Shown here piece after piece: positions 28,880 through 37,095 of a stretch of DNA of 58,143 nucleotides; within the stretch, counting starts at the first letter, position 1; each line of letters begins with the position of its first letter. The DNA is taken from contig JASHXJ010000034.1 in assembly GCA_030043595.1 (NCBI GenBank), positions 1-58,143 of the forward strand, in the 5' to 3' direction. This DNA comes from Trebonia sp. (GTDB lineage Bacteria > Actinomycetota > Actinomycetes > Streptosporangiales > Streptosporangiaceae). Made by a program: the position numbers and the translations under genes. Below the pieces are notes generated by a model. That model had not been told where the DNA came from. It saw nothing but the letters and a program-made list of their open reading frames with translations, and did not search any database.

Positions 28880-29127
28880 CACGTCACGGATCGCGTTCGG
28901 CGCGAACCCGGTAGCAAGCGCGGTCAGTACCGCGTCCAGATACGCGGTCATGTCCGGGAGGCGAAGTAGCGGAAGAACGTCCGCTCGCTGATGCCCGCCT
29001 CCGCCGCGACCTGCTCGATCGTGGTGTTCTCGAACCCGCGCTCGGTGAACAGCCGCAACGCGATCAGCGCTAGTTCCCGGCGGCTAGTCGACCGCGGGCG
29101 TCCGGGGCGCGGCGCGGACCCTGGCAC
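28880..29127 (-). pseudogene. mftR: MftR-like TetR regulator with an internal deletion
   Basis: GRPRSTSRRELALIALRLFTERGFENTTIEQVAAEAGISERTFFRYFAS then stop at 28948; the C-terminal helix DMTAYLDAVLTALATGF follows in another frame. Confidence 0.72.
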
Positions 29128-29366
29128 ACCCGTATCTTTTCGCGACCGCTAGCACCAGCGGAGATGGAAGGCGACGCGGGCGCCAGTGAGGAGCTCTGCC
29201 CTATAGTTCCTGCTCAGCCGCTCGATCCGGGCGGCCTCGGCGGCCGACAGCTCGATCGGTGGGATGCCGGGCTGGCAAGGCTGGCCGCCCGTGACGGGTA
29301 GCGGCGCGCCGTGCGGGTAGAACTGCTGGTCAGGGCGCTGGCCATGTCGTTGAGGAGCAGCAAAGC

Positions 29367-30200
29367 ATGCCAGGACGCGTACAAGGCAAGGTCGCCTTCA
29401 TCACCGGAGCGGCGCGCAGCCAGGGCCGCAGCCATGCGATCAGGCTCGCGCAGGAAGGCGCCGACATCATCGCGATCGACATCGCGGGACCGGTCAAGTC
29501 CGTGACGGGGTACCCACCCGCTACGGAGGAAGACCTCGCCGAGACGGTCAAGGAGGTCGAGGCGCTCGACCGCCGCATCGTCGCGCACAAGGCCGACGTC
29601 CGGGACAGCCGGGCGCTGAAGCAAGCGCTCGACGACGGGATAGCACAGCTCGGCAAGCTCGACATCGTCGTGGCGAACGCCGGCGTCTTCCAGATCAGCC
29701 CGGCGCTCCAGCTCGACGACGCAGGCTGGCAGGAGACGATCGACATCAACCTCACCGGCGTCTGGCACACCGCGAGGGTCGCGCTGCCGCACCTGATCGC
29801 GAACAACGGCGGCTCGATCATCATGACCAGCTCGCTGGCCGGCCTCAAAGGGCTCGCCAACTGCGTCCATTACAACGCCGCCAAGCACGGCGTCGTCGGC
29901 ATCATGCGCACGCTCGCGAATGAGTTCGCCCAGTACAGCATCCGCGTCAACAGCGTCCACCCGACCTCGGTCAATACGATCATGGTGCAGAACAAGCAGA
30001 CGTGGGGGCTGTTCGATCCGGGGAACCCGCACCCGACCAGGGAGTCAGCGGCGGCGGCCTTCCAGTCGATCAACGCGCTGCCCATCCCGTGGGTGGAGCC
30101 AGTTGACATCAGCAACGCGGTGCTGTTCCTGGCCTCCGACGAAGCCCGCTACATCACCGGGGTGACCCTTCCAGTCGACGCCGGCGCCTTCATCAAGTAG
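29367..30200 (+). CDS. Mycofactocin-coupled SDR oxidoreductase
   Basis: VAFITGAARSQGRSHAIRLAQEGADIIAID plus the family insertion (YP.AT.EDLAET), HYNAAKHG, VNSVHPT.V.T.M. Confidence 0.92.
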   Translation: MPGRVQGKVAFITGAARSQGRSHAIRLAQEGADIIAIDIAGPVKSVTGYPPATEEDLAETVKEVEALDRRIVAHKADVRDSRALKQALDDGIAQLGKLDIVVANAGVFQISPALQLDDAGWQETIDINLTGVWHTARVALPHLIANNGGSIIMTSSLAGLKGLANCVHYNAAKHGVVGIMRTLANEFAQYSIRVNSVHPTSVNTIMVQNKQTWGLFDPGNPHPTRESAAAAFQSINALPIPWVEPVDISNAVLFLASDEARYITGVTLPVDAGAFIK

Positions 30201-30409
30201 TCAATCAGCTACGGGAACCTGACCTGCTGCTCGCGGCCGTCGCGGCGGGCTGCTTCGGTCTGCGCGAATCTAGCGACGTCTTCCGGCCATCCGGCGGAAG
30301 AATAAGCGCCGGGCACATTAGCGGCTTAGCCCTTCCCGGAATGTCAGAGTCACGCACAAGAATAAGCCTCACCCGAACGTCAGACCTCAGCTCGGCGAGA
30401 GGAGCGTCG

Positions 30410-33400
30410 GTGACTGACAAGAGGAAGTCGCTGATCGGAACTCACAAAAGAACCTCGAGGCCAGCTGACCGGATGGGTCACCGCGGCGGGAACAGCCTGG
30501 TCTGGTCCTTGATGCTCGTCGTGCTGGCGCTGCTGGCCGCGCAGTTTTCCGCCGCCCTGCCAGCGAGCGGTGCAGCGGATGCTCCGACGGCCCCGCCCGT
30601 CCTTTACGCCGTCGGCCAAGGCGGAGTGACGCCGATCCCGACAGCTACTGATACGCCAGGCGACCTGATCGGCTTGAACGTGTCGGGACTTTTCTATCCG
30701 GTCTTCAACGCGCCGCTCTTCGAAGCGATGGACCCCAGCGGCTCTACGCTCTGGGTGACTGGCACTGACGGCCAGACCACTGTCTTTGAGCCGATTTCCG
30801 TGAGCTCGGGCACGGCTGGCACCCCGACCGCGATTCCCGGAACAGTCGAGCCGACAGCCATCGCCGTGTCCGCGGACGACACTACGGTCTGGGTCCTGAG
30901 CGAAGGAGATTCCGCCAACTCCCTGCTGACCCCGTACAGCATCGCCGGGCAGTCCCTGGGCACCTCATTGCCGGTATGTAATGGCGCACGATCCCTGGCA
31001 CTGACGGCTGACGGTTCGACCGCCTACGTGGCCTGCTCATCAAGCGAGGTGCAGGCCGTCAACCTCTCCAGCGCATCGACCCAGGACATCCCGGTTCCGC
31101 TGGCGCCGACTCAGGTCGCATTGGCCGTCACCGGCGGCACCAGCTACGTGATCGCGGTCATCCCCACCGGCATCTCGGTGACCGACCTTGCCACGGACAC
31201 GACCGCCAGGCTGACGATCCCGGGCATCACCGCCATGACGGTCAGCCCCGACGGCAGCACGGCATGGATCGTGGCCACGAACAAGCTGTATTCGGTCAAC
31301 GTCGCGGCCGGGCAGATCTCATCGAGCTTCAGCGTCTGCGCGAGCTGCTCCGGCGTCTCGGTCGTTGAGTCGCAATCCGGCACGGCACTGTATGTGTATG
31401 CGGCCGGCGAGGTGATTCCCGCGAGCACGGACAAGGCCTACCAGCCGGTCTCGATCTCGACAAGCGCGAGCACCGACCCGCAGATGCTCGCCATCACGCC
31501 CGCATCCGCGCCACCGCCACTGCCCGGATCGCTGACGGTCAGCGCATCGGGCCTACTGCCGAACTTCACTGCACAGCTGGAGGTGGCGGGCCCGGACGGG
31601 TATTCGGCGACTGTCCCGGTCACCGCCAGTGCACCTGCCGTGCTCGGGAACCTCACCCCCGGGGCCTACACGGTCACGGCCGGCCTGGCGTGCGATGAGT
31701 CGATCTGCCTCGTTCCCGCACAAGCCAGCTGGGACGCAACGGTGGGAAGCGCTCAGTCGCAGACGCTGGCGGTCAGCTTCGCGCCCCAGCAGGAAGGCGG
31801 CCTAGCCGTCGACATCACCGGCCTGCCAGCCGGAACTGATCTCAGCACAATCGACGGCGGGACCGCCCAGCCCGGGTACACGGGAGTCGGCGGGATCGTC
31901 GACGGCCTCGGTGGTCACGTCGGGACATCACAGGTGGTCACGCTCCTGCCCGGCACCTACGCGATCTCCGAGCCCAACCCGGTGCAGGTCAACGGGGCCA
32001 GCTACGTCGCGTCAATCTCGCAGCCGACGGTCACCGTCACATCCGGCCAGGTCACTGCCGTCACCGTGGCCTTCGTCGAACAGCCCGCGACCGGGTCGGC
32101 CATCGAGGCGGTCGGCGGCACCGGCAGCCAGTCAGCGATGGCGGGCACCCAGTTCGACAGCCCGCTTGAGGTCCGCGTGACCAGCGACGGAGAGCCCGAC
32201 CCGGGTGCGGCCGTCACCTTCACCGCGCCGGTCCCCGCAGTGGCAACCCCGGGCGCGATCTTCGGCGGCGGCAGCGGCGCGGGAACCAGCACGACGACCC
32301 TGACCACAGACGCCGACGGCTATGCGTCCGTCCCGGTCACCGGCGGCACTGTGTCCGGCGATTACACGATCAGCGCGACCAGTCCCGGCGCCACGTCAGC
32401 CACGTTCAGCATGCACAACGTCCAGAACGCCGTCACGAGCACACTCACCAGCGCGGAATCCGGCATCGTCGGGAAATTCCTCGAAGCCTCCGCCGGGCTC
32501 ACGCATAGCCAAGCCTCGCTTGCGGCCCAGTACTCGGTAAGCCTGGGCGTCAATACCCTGACAGACATCCAGCAATGCCTGCAGGAACTCAGCGATGGCT
32601 CTGGCCAGCAATGCACGGCAGACGGCACCGAGCTTCTCGTCTTCACCGCGGGCACGGTGACGCCCGGCGGATACGCCACGTGCCAGGCACTGCCTTCCTG
32701 TCCGGTCCTGTTCAACGCCGGCAGTCAGGTCGCCCTCAGCGCGGCATGGCAGTCCGCCGAGGGGATCCTCGCGAACGCGGCGAACAACCCGGCAGCTTTC
32801 CTGACAAGTTACGTGGTTGGCGACGCCACGCTGGACAGCGGCCTGGCTGTCTGCGCGGTCGCCACCGATCTGGCAGCACCCGGCGCGGGCGCAGTCGCCT
32901 GTGTGGTCGGGGCGGCCATCGTCTCAGGAGCAGCCTCCTACCTCTCCTCGGCCGCGGTAGCCTCCCTGCTGCCCGACGCGGGTAACCAGGGAGTCGTACC
33001 GATCCTTGGTGACACAGTCACCTGCTCCACCGAGACCGCTCCCGTGCTGGCCGACTGCCTGAACAATGCGCTTGTGTCCGCACCAGGCGACGGGCTGTCA
33101 GCAACCGACCTCATCAACGCAGCCTGCAACGCGGAATGCGTGGACCCTGGCGGCCTGGAAGGAGTCGTCACGGCAACGAGCACGAATCCGGTCATCACGT
33201 CCACCGCCGCCACCTACATCACTGTGCAAGGCCAGGGCACCGGCACCCTCAGCACCGGGGTTTACGCCGGTGACTTCACTGGTGAGAGCTCGCTGGCCCA
33301 GCCCTTCGTCCTCGACGTGTCCACCACCAGCGGCTCCGCCCTGACAAGCACCGTCATCTCGGACTGCGCACCCGGACTGAGCCCATCGAGCACCTTCCAA

Positions 33401-34072
33401 TGGTGGAATGGCACCTGGCAGCCGATGTCCCTGCAGACCTATGACGCGACAAGCGAATGCCTGCTAGCGACAGTCAACTCCGCCACGAGCCCCAGCATCA
33501 GCCAGCTGGGTGGCACGCCGCTCGCGGTCGGCACCACCGGGAAAGGAAGCGCGCCAGCCATTGCCTCCGTACACCCGGCATCCGGACCAGGCTATGGCGG
33601 TACGGCAGTTACGGTATCCGGCTCCCACCTGGGAAACGTCATCAGCGTTCTGGTCGGCGGTACACCCGCCGTGTTCACCATCCTGTCCGCCACCAAAATC
33701 CTCGTTCTCAGCCCAGCTCACGTCGGAGGCTCAGCGCGCATCCAGGTGACGGGGCCGTTCGGCACATCCAAGAAATCCGCGGCCGACACGTTCACCTACA
33801 ACGCGACGCTGGCCCTGACACCCGGCAGAGGCGTGCCTCGGGCGAAGGTCACCGCGACCGTTTCGGGCTTCAGCAGGGCACAGACCGTGACCGTTCACTG
33901 GGGGTCACCCACCGGCCCCATCATCGGCACGCTGATCACCGGCAAGACCGGCATGGCGACTGTCCAGTTCATCGTGCCCAAGGTAAAGGCCGGCTCATAC
34001 AACGTCTACGCCGTGGCGGGCAAGCGAACTGCGAGGTCAGCCTTCAAGGTCTCCCCCGGCAAGCCGGGCTGA
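30410..34072 (+). CDS. Large secreted multidomain protein (YVTN-like beta-propeller, Ig-like repeats, Cys-rich hydrophobic insert, IPT/TIG domain)
   Basis: Signal-like segment; A.SPDG.T.W/YV blades; QSA.AGT.F..PL.V.V Big-like domain; P.I.SV.P.SGP..GGT.VT..G IPT motif; GAGGAG RBS. Confidence 0.8.
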   Translation: MTDKRKSLIGTHKRTSRPADRMGHRGGNSLVWSLMLVVLALLAAQFSAALPASGAADAPTAPPVLYAVGQGGVTPIPTATDTPGDLIGLNVSGLFYPVFNAPLFEAMDPSGSTLWVTGTDGQTTVFEPISVSSGTAGTPTAIPGTVEPTAIAVSADDTTVWVLSEGDSANSLLTPYSIAGQSLGTSLPVCNGARSLALTADGSTAYVACSSSEVQAVNLSSASTQDIPVPLAPTQVALAVTGGTSYVIAVIPTGISVTDLATDTTARLTIPGITAMTVSPDGSTAWIVATNKLYSVNVAAGQISSSFSVCASCSGVSVVESQSGTALYVYAAGEVIPASTDKAYQPVSISTSASTDPQMLAITPASAPPPLPGSLTVSASGLLPNFTAQLEVAGPDGYSATVPVTASAPAVLGNLTPGAYTVTAGLACDESICLVPAQASWDATVGSAQSQTLAVSFAPQQEGGLAVDITGLPAGTDLSTIDGGTAQPGYTGVGGIVDGLGGHVGTSQVVTLLPGTYAISEPNPVQVNGASYVASISQPTVTVTSGQVTAVTVAFVEQPATGSAIEAVGGTGSQSAMAGTQFDSPLEVRVTSDGEPDPGAAVTFTAPVPAVATPGAIFGGGSGAGTSTTTLTTDADGYASVPVTGGTVSGDYTISATSPGATSATFSMHNVQNAVTSTLTSAESGIVGKFLEASAGLTHSQASLAAQYSVSLGVNTLTDIQQCLQELSDGSGQQCTADGTELLVFTAGTVTPGGYATCQALPSCPVLFNAGSQVALSAAWQSAEGILANAANNPAAFLTSYVVGDATLDSGLAVCAVATDLAAPGAGAVACVVGAAIVSGAASYLSSAAVASLLPDAGNQGVVPILGDTVTCSTETAPVLADCLNNALVSAPGDGLSATDLINAACNAECVDPGGLEGVVTATSTNPVITSTAATYITVQGQGTGTLSTGVYAGDFTGESSLAQPFVLDVSTTSGSALTSTVISDCAPGLSPSSTFQWWNGTWQPMSLQTYDATSECLLATVNSATSPSISQLGGTPLAVGTTGKGSAPAIASVHPASGPGYGGTAVTVSGSHLGNVISVLVGGTPAVFTILSATKILVLSPAHVGGSARIQVTGPFGTSKKSAADTFTYNATLALTPGRGVPRAKVTATVSGFSRAQTVTVHWGSPTGPIIGTLITGKTGMATVQFIVPKVKAGSYNVYAVAGKRTARSAFKVSPGKPG

Positions 34073-34085
34073 ACGCTCGCGCTTT

Positions 34086-34116
34086 CACGTAATCCCGTGC
34101 CACACTTATTTACGTG
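34086..34116. promoter_or_regulatory. Inverted repeat CACGTAA...TTACGTG, probable TA operator
   Basis: 7-bp arms located just upstream of the antitoxin RBS. Confidence 0.55.
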
Positions 34117-34139
34117 TAGAAGCGACGTGTCCGGGGAGG

Positions 34140-34388
34140 ATGGTCGTGGGCAACCAGAACATCACGCTGTCCCTCCCTGAGGAGGACCTGCGGGAGGCGA
34201 GGATCCTCGCGGCCAGCCGCGGTACGTCCGTGTCGCAGCTGCTCGCCCGGATGCTGAGGGAACTGGTCGAGCAGGAGACTGGATACGCCCGCGCCCGTGA
34301 CCGGAGTCTTGCCAGGCTGCGCGAGGGGATGGATCTCGGCACCGCCGGGCACATCAGCTGGAACCGCGAAAGCGTCCATGAACGGTAA
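34140..34388 (+). CDS. RHH/CopG-like antitoxin
   Basis: QNITLSLPEEDLREARILAASRGTSVSQLL...W.RESVHER; GGAGG RBS. Confidence 0.88.
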   Translation: MVVGNQNITLSLPEEDLREARILAASRGTSVSQLLARMLRELVEQETGYARARDRSLARLREGMDLGTAGHISWNRESVHER

Positions 34389-35283
34389 CCGCCGGTTCGT
34401 CGATACCAACATCTTGGTGTACGCGCATGACGATTCCGCGGGCGTCAAGCGGGATCAGGCCCGGCTGCTGGTCGAGCAGTTGTGGGATTCCCGTGATGGC
34501 TGCCTGAGCGTCCAGGTCCTGCAGGAGTTCTTCGTGACCGTCACCCAGAAGATCGCCAGGCCGCTCGGCCCGGAAATGGCGAAGGAGATCGTTGCCGACT
34601 TGTTCCGCTGGCACGTGCACGTCCCCGGCGCTGACGATGTCCTTGGTGCGATCGGCATCCACCAGCATGCCAAGATTTCCTTCTGGGACGCGATGATCGT
34701 CCGCAGCGCGACCGAAATGGGCTGCGCTGTGCTGTATTCGGACGATCTCAACGCTGGCCGTGACTACTCCGGGGTCCGTGTGGAGAATCCGTTCCAGCCG
34801 GCTGGGCAGAGGTTATGCAGCCCGAAGGCAAGGTCGGCACCCGATGAGCGAGCCCCGCGGCGGCCGGGGCACCCTGGCGCAGGTACGAGACCGGGTCCGT
34901 GCCCGCGTAGTAGGACGGGAACGGGAACTAGACCTGGTGCTCGCGGCCGTCGCGGCGGGCCGCGACATCCTGCTCGAGGGCCCGCCCGGCACCAGCAAGT
35001 CCACGCTGCTGCGGGCGATCACCGCCGAGTGGGGGATCCCGCTGGTGTTCGTCGAGGGCAACGCAGACCTGACCCCGGCAAGGCTGGTCGGCCACCACAA
35101 CCCCGCCCGCGTCCTGAGAGAGGACTACAGCGCGGACAACTTCGTCGACGGCCCGCTGGTCGAGGCGATGCGCAATGGCGGGTTCCTCTACATAGAGGAG
35201 TTCAACCGGGCGCCAGAGGACAGCCTGAACACCCTGCTCACCGCGATGGCCGAGCGCCGCATCGCCGTCCCCCGGGCCGGTGA
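34378..35283 (+). CDS. vapC: PIN-domain toxin; the domain ends ~34794 and the stop is apparently lost, so the frame runs into moxR
   Basis: FVDTNILVYA, SVQVLQEF, SFWDAMIV.SA, LYSDDL, VENPF. Confidence 0.85.
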   Translation: MNGNRRFVDTNILVYAHDDSAGVKRDQARLLVEQLWDSRDGCLSVQVLQEFFVTVTQKIARPLGPEMAKEIVADLFRWHVHVPGADDVLGAIGIHQHAKISFWDAMIVRSATEMGCAVLYSDDLNAGRDYSGVRVENPFQPAGQRLCSPKARSAPDERAPRRPGHPGAGTRPGPCPRSRTGTGTRPGARGRRGGPRHPARGPARHQQVHAAAGDHRRVGDPAGVRRGQRRPDPGKAGRPPQPRPRPERGLQRGQLRRRPAGRGDAQWRVPLHRGVQPGARGQPEHPAHRDGRAPHRRPPGR

Positions 35284-35791
35284 GGTGGTAGCCAGGGACA
35301 CGTTCCGGGTGATCGCCTCAATGAACCCTTACGACAACATCGGCACCACCCGGCTATCCACCTCGGTGCATGACCGGCTGTGCCGGCTGGCGATCACCTA
35401 CCAGGATGCCCAGGCCGAACGCGGCATCGTCGCCCTCCGCGCCCCGCTGACCGACCTCAAGCCCGCTGTGTACGAGCGGCTCGTCGCGGACGCCGTGGCG
35501 CTGACCAGGGCCACTCGCTCGCACGAGGACATCAGGCAGGGCAGCAGCGTCCGCGGTGCGATCGACATGACCCTGGTCGCCGGTCAGCTGCTCAATCTGC
35601 ATCCAGAACGGACCGGGCCGGCTGTCCCGGACGAAACGCTTTACCGGGACGTGGTGTACGACTCGATGGTCGTCGCGCTCTCCGGGCGGATCTTCCTCGA
35701 CGAGACCGTCGAAGCCACCCCGGAGCAGGTGCTGCGGCAGATCTGGGAAGACCACTTCATCCTCGGGCCGGCGGCGGCGGCCCCCGGTTGA
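34844..35791 (+). CDS. MoxR-type AAA+ ATPase
   Basis: VVGRERE, variant Walker A GPPGTSKST, variant Walker B LYIEEFNRA, IASMNP, DR, SVRGAID. Confidence 0.92.
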   Translation: MSEPRGGRGTLAQVRDRVRARVVGRERELDLVLAAVAAGRDILLEGPPGTSKSTLLRAITAEWGIPLVFVEGNADLTPARLVGHHNPARVLREDYSADNFVDGPLVEAMRNGGFLYIEEFNRAPEDSLNTLLTAMAERRIAVPRAGEVVARDTFRVIASMNPYDNIGTTRLSTSVHDRLCRLAITYQDAQAERGIVALRAPLTDLKPAVYERLVADAVALTRATRSHEDIRQGSSVRGAIDMTLVAGQLLNLHPERTGPAVPDETLYRDVVYDSMVVALSGRIFLDETVEATPEQVLRQIWEDHFILGPAAAAPG

Positions 35792-35802
35792 AGAGCCGTC
35801 GA

Positions 35803-35822
35803 GGCGGACTCCCCGATCCGCC
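35803..35822 (+). other. Predicted RNA hairpin GGCGGA-N8-TCCGCC starting 12 nt after the moxR UGA
   Basis: 6-bp perfect stem, extendable by GCC/GGC across a bulge; no U-tract. Confidence 0.55.
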
Positions 35823-35893
35823 GGCCGGGTGAGCAGGGACGGGCCCCGCGTGCGCCGGCGAGAGGGCTGAAGCCGCTGCGCCGCAGGCCAAAG

Positions 35894-36712
35894 GTGCTGA
35901 CCGAAGAGCCGACGCTGCTAGACGGCGGACCCGCGACAACCGACGAGCACGGGGTGCTGACGGGCGTCGCGGACACCGGCGTGGCCCCGGACGCCGAGAC
36001 GCTGCGGCGGGCGCGGGAGATCGCGGCCCGCCTGGCGCTGCCGCGGCCGCGGCGCGACCTGACCGGGCGGCGTGGCGCCGGCGAGCTCGCGAGCGTCCCG
36101 TACCGGGGGGGCTGCGACGATATCGACATGGACAGGACGGTGGAGCAGCTCGCCACCCGGCCGGTGCCCGAAGACGAGGACATCGTGGTCCGGGAGGCAG
36201 TCGCGACGCGTCGTTCTGTAGTACTGCTTGTCGATGTTTCCGGGTCGATGCGGGGAGAGCGCGTGCGGACAGCGGCGGCTACGGTCGGTGCGCTGGCGGC
36301 GGAGCTCGCGCGCGACGACCTCGCCGTCATCGCCTTCTGGTCGGACGCGGCGGTGCTCGCGCACCTTGGACGCCGGGTGAGGGCGCAGTCGCTCGTGGAG
36401 TCAATGGTGGCGATACCAGCGCGCGGGCTCACGAATTTGGCGTTCCCGCTGCAGGCGGCGCGGCGCGAGCTCGCCCGCGTCCCAGCCCGTGACGCGAGGG
36501 TGCTGCTGCTGTCAGACTGCGTCCATAACGCCGGTCCCGACCCGCGACCGTTCGCGGCGCGGCTGCCCAGGCTGGACGTCCTGCTCGACACGACCGGCGA
36601 GCAGGATCCCGACCTGGCCCGCGACCTCGCACGGCTGGGCCACGGCCGGCTCCGGAAGGTTCGCACCTACCGAGACGTAGCACCAGCCCTGAGTGAGTTC
36701 TTCAGCAGATAG
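35894..36712 (+). CDS. VWA-domain (CoxE-like) protein in the same frame as moxR; the frame is open from 35792
   Basis: DIDMDRT, MIDAS DVSGSM, GLTNL, LLLSD. Confidence 0.9.
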   Translation: MLTEEPTLLDGGPATTDEHGVLTGVADTGVAPDAETLRRAREIAARLALPRPRRDLTGRRGAGELASVPYRGGCDDIDMDRTVEQLATRPVPEDEDIVVREAVATRRSVVLLVDVSGSMRGERVRTAAATVGALAAELARDDLAVIAFWSDAAVLAHLGRRVRAQSLVESMVAIPARGLTNLAFPLQAARRELARVPARDARVLLLSDCVHNAGPDPRPFAARLPRLDVLLDTTGEQDPDLARDLARLGHGRLRKVRTYRDVAPALSEFFSR

Positions 36713-36731
36713 GCAGACAGAAGGAGCCCCC

Positions 36732-37046
36732 ATGAGCGTCATCGTCGTCGCCACGGCGTACCCGGCCCCCGAGCATAAGGCCGAAGTGATCGCGGCCTTC
36801 GAGGCCGCCATCGACCGGGTGCACCGCGAAGAGCCGGGCTGCGAACTGTACGCGCTGCACGAGGGGCCAGATGGCCGGCTGGTCATGATCGAGAAATACG
36901 CCTCGCAGGACGCGGTGGAACAGCACATCAAGGGCGCCGGTCTCGCCGGCTTGCGGGCCGCCCTTGAGGGCAAGCTCGCCGCGCCCATGGATGTACAGGC
37001 GCTCGTCCCGCACCCGGCGGGAACGGCGGGCAAGGGCGCGCTGTAA
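36732..37046 (+). CDS. Antibiotic biosynthesis monooxygenase (ABM) family protein
   Basis: EEPGCELYALHE...VMIEKY...H; AAGGAG RBS. Confidence 0.9.
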   Translation: MSVIVVATAYPAPEHKAEVIAAFEAAIDRVHREEPGCELYALHEGPDGRLVMIEKYASQDAVEQHIKGAGLAGLRAALEGKLAAPMDVQALVPHPAGTAGKGAL

Positions 37047-37095
37047 CCCGGGTCGCAGGCGGGCATGAGATCTGGCAAGGGGTCGTGATGAGGTA

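Noticed and set aside
29200-29290. Minus-strand peptide GIPPIELSAAEAARIERLS as an aldo/keto-reductase tail
   Set aside because: Too short to support a call.
35789-35830. Canonical bacterial SECIS / selenocysteine call
   Set aside because: The hairpin loop (CTCCCCGA) lacks the usual G at its start and the site is in a linker rather than a redox motif. It is kept only as one alternative under the readthrough finding.
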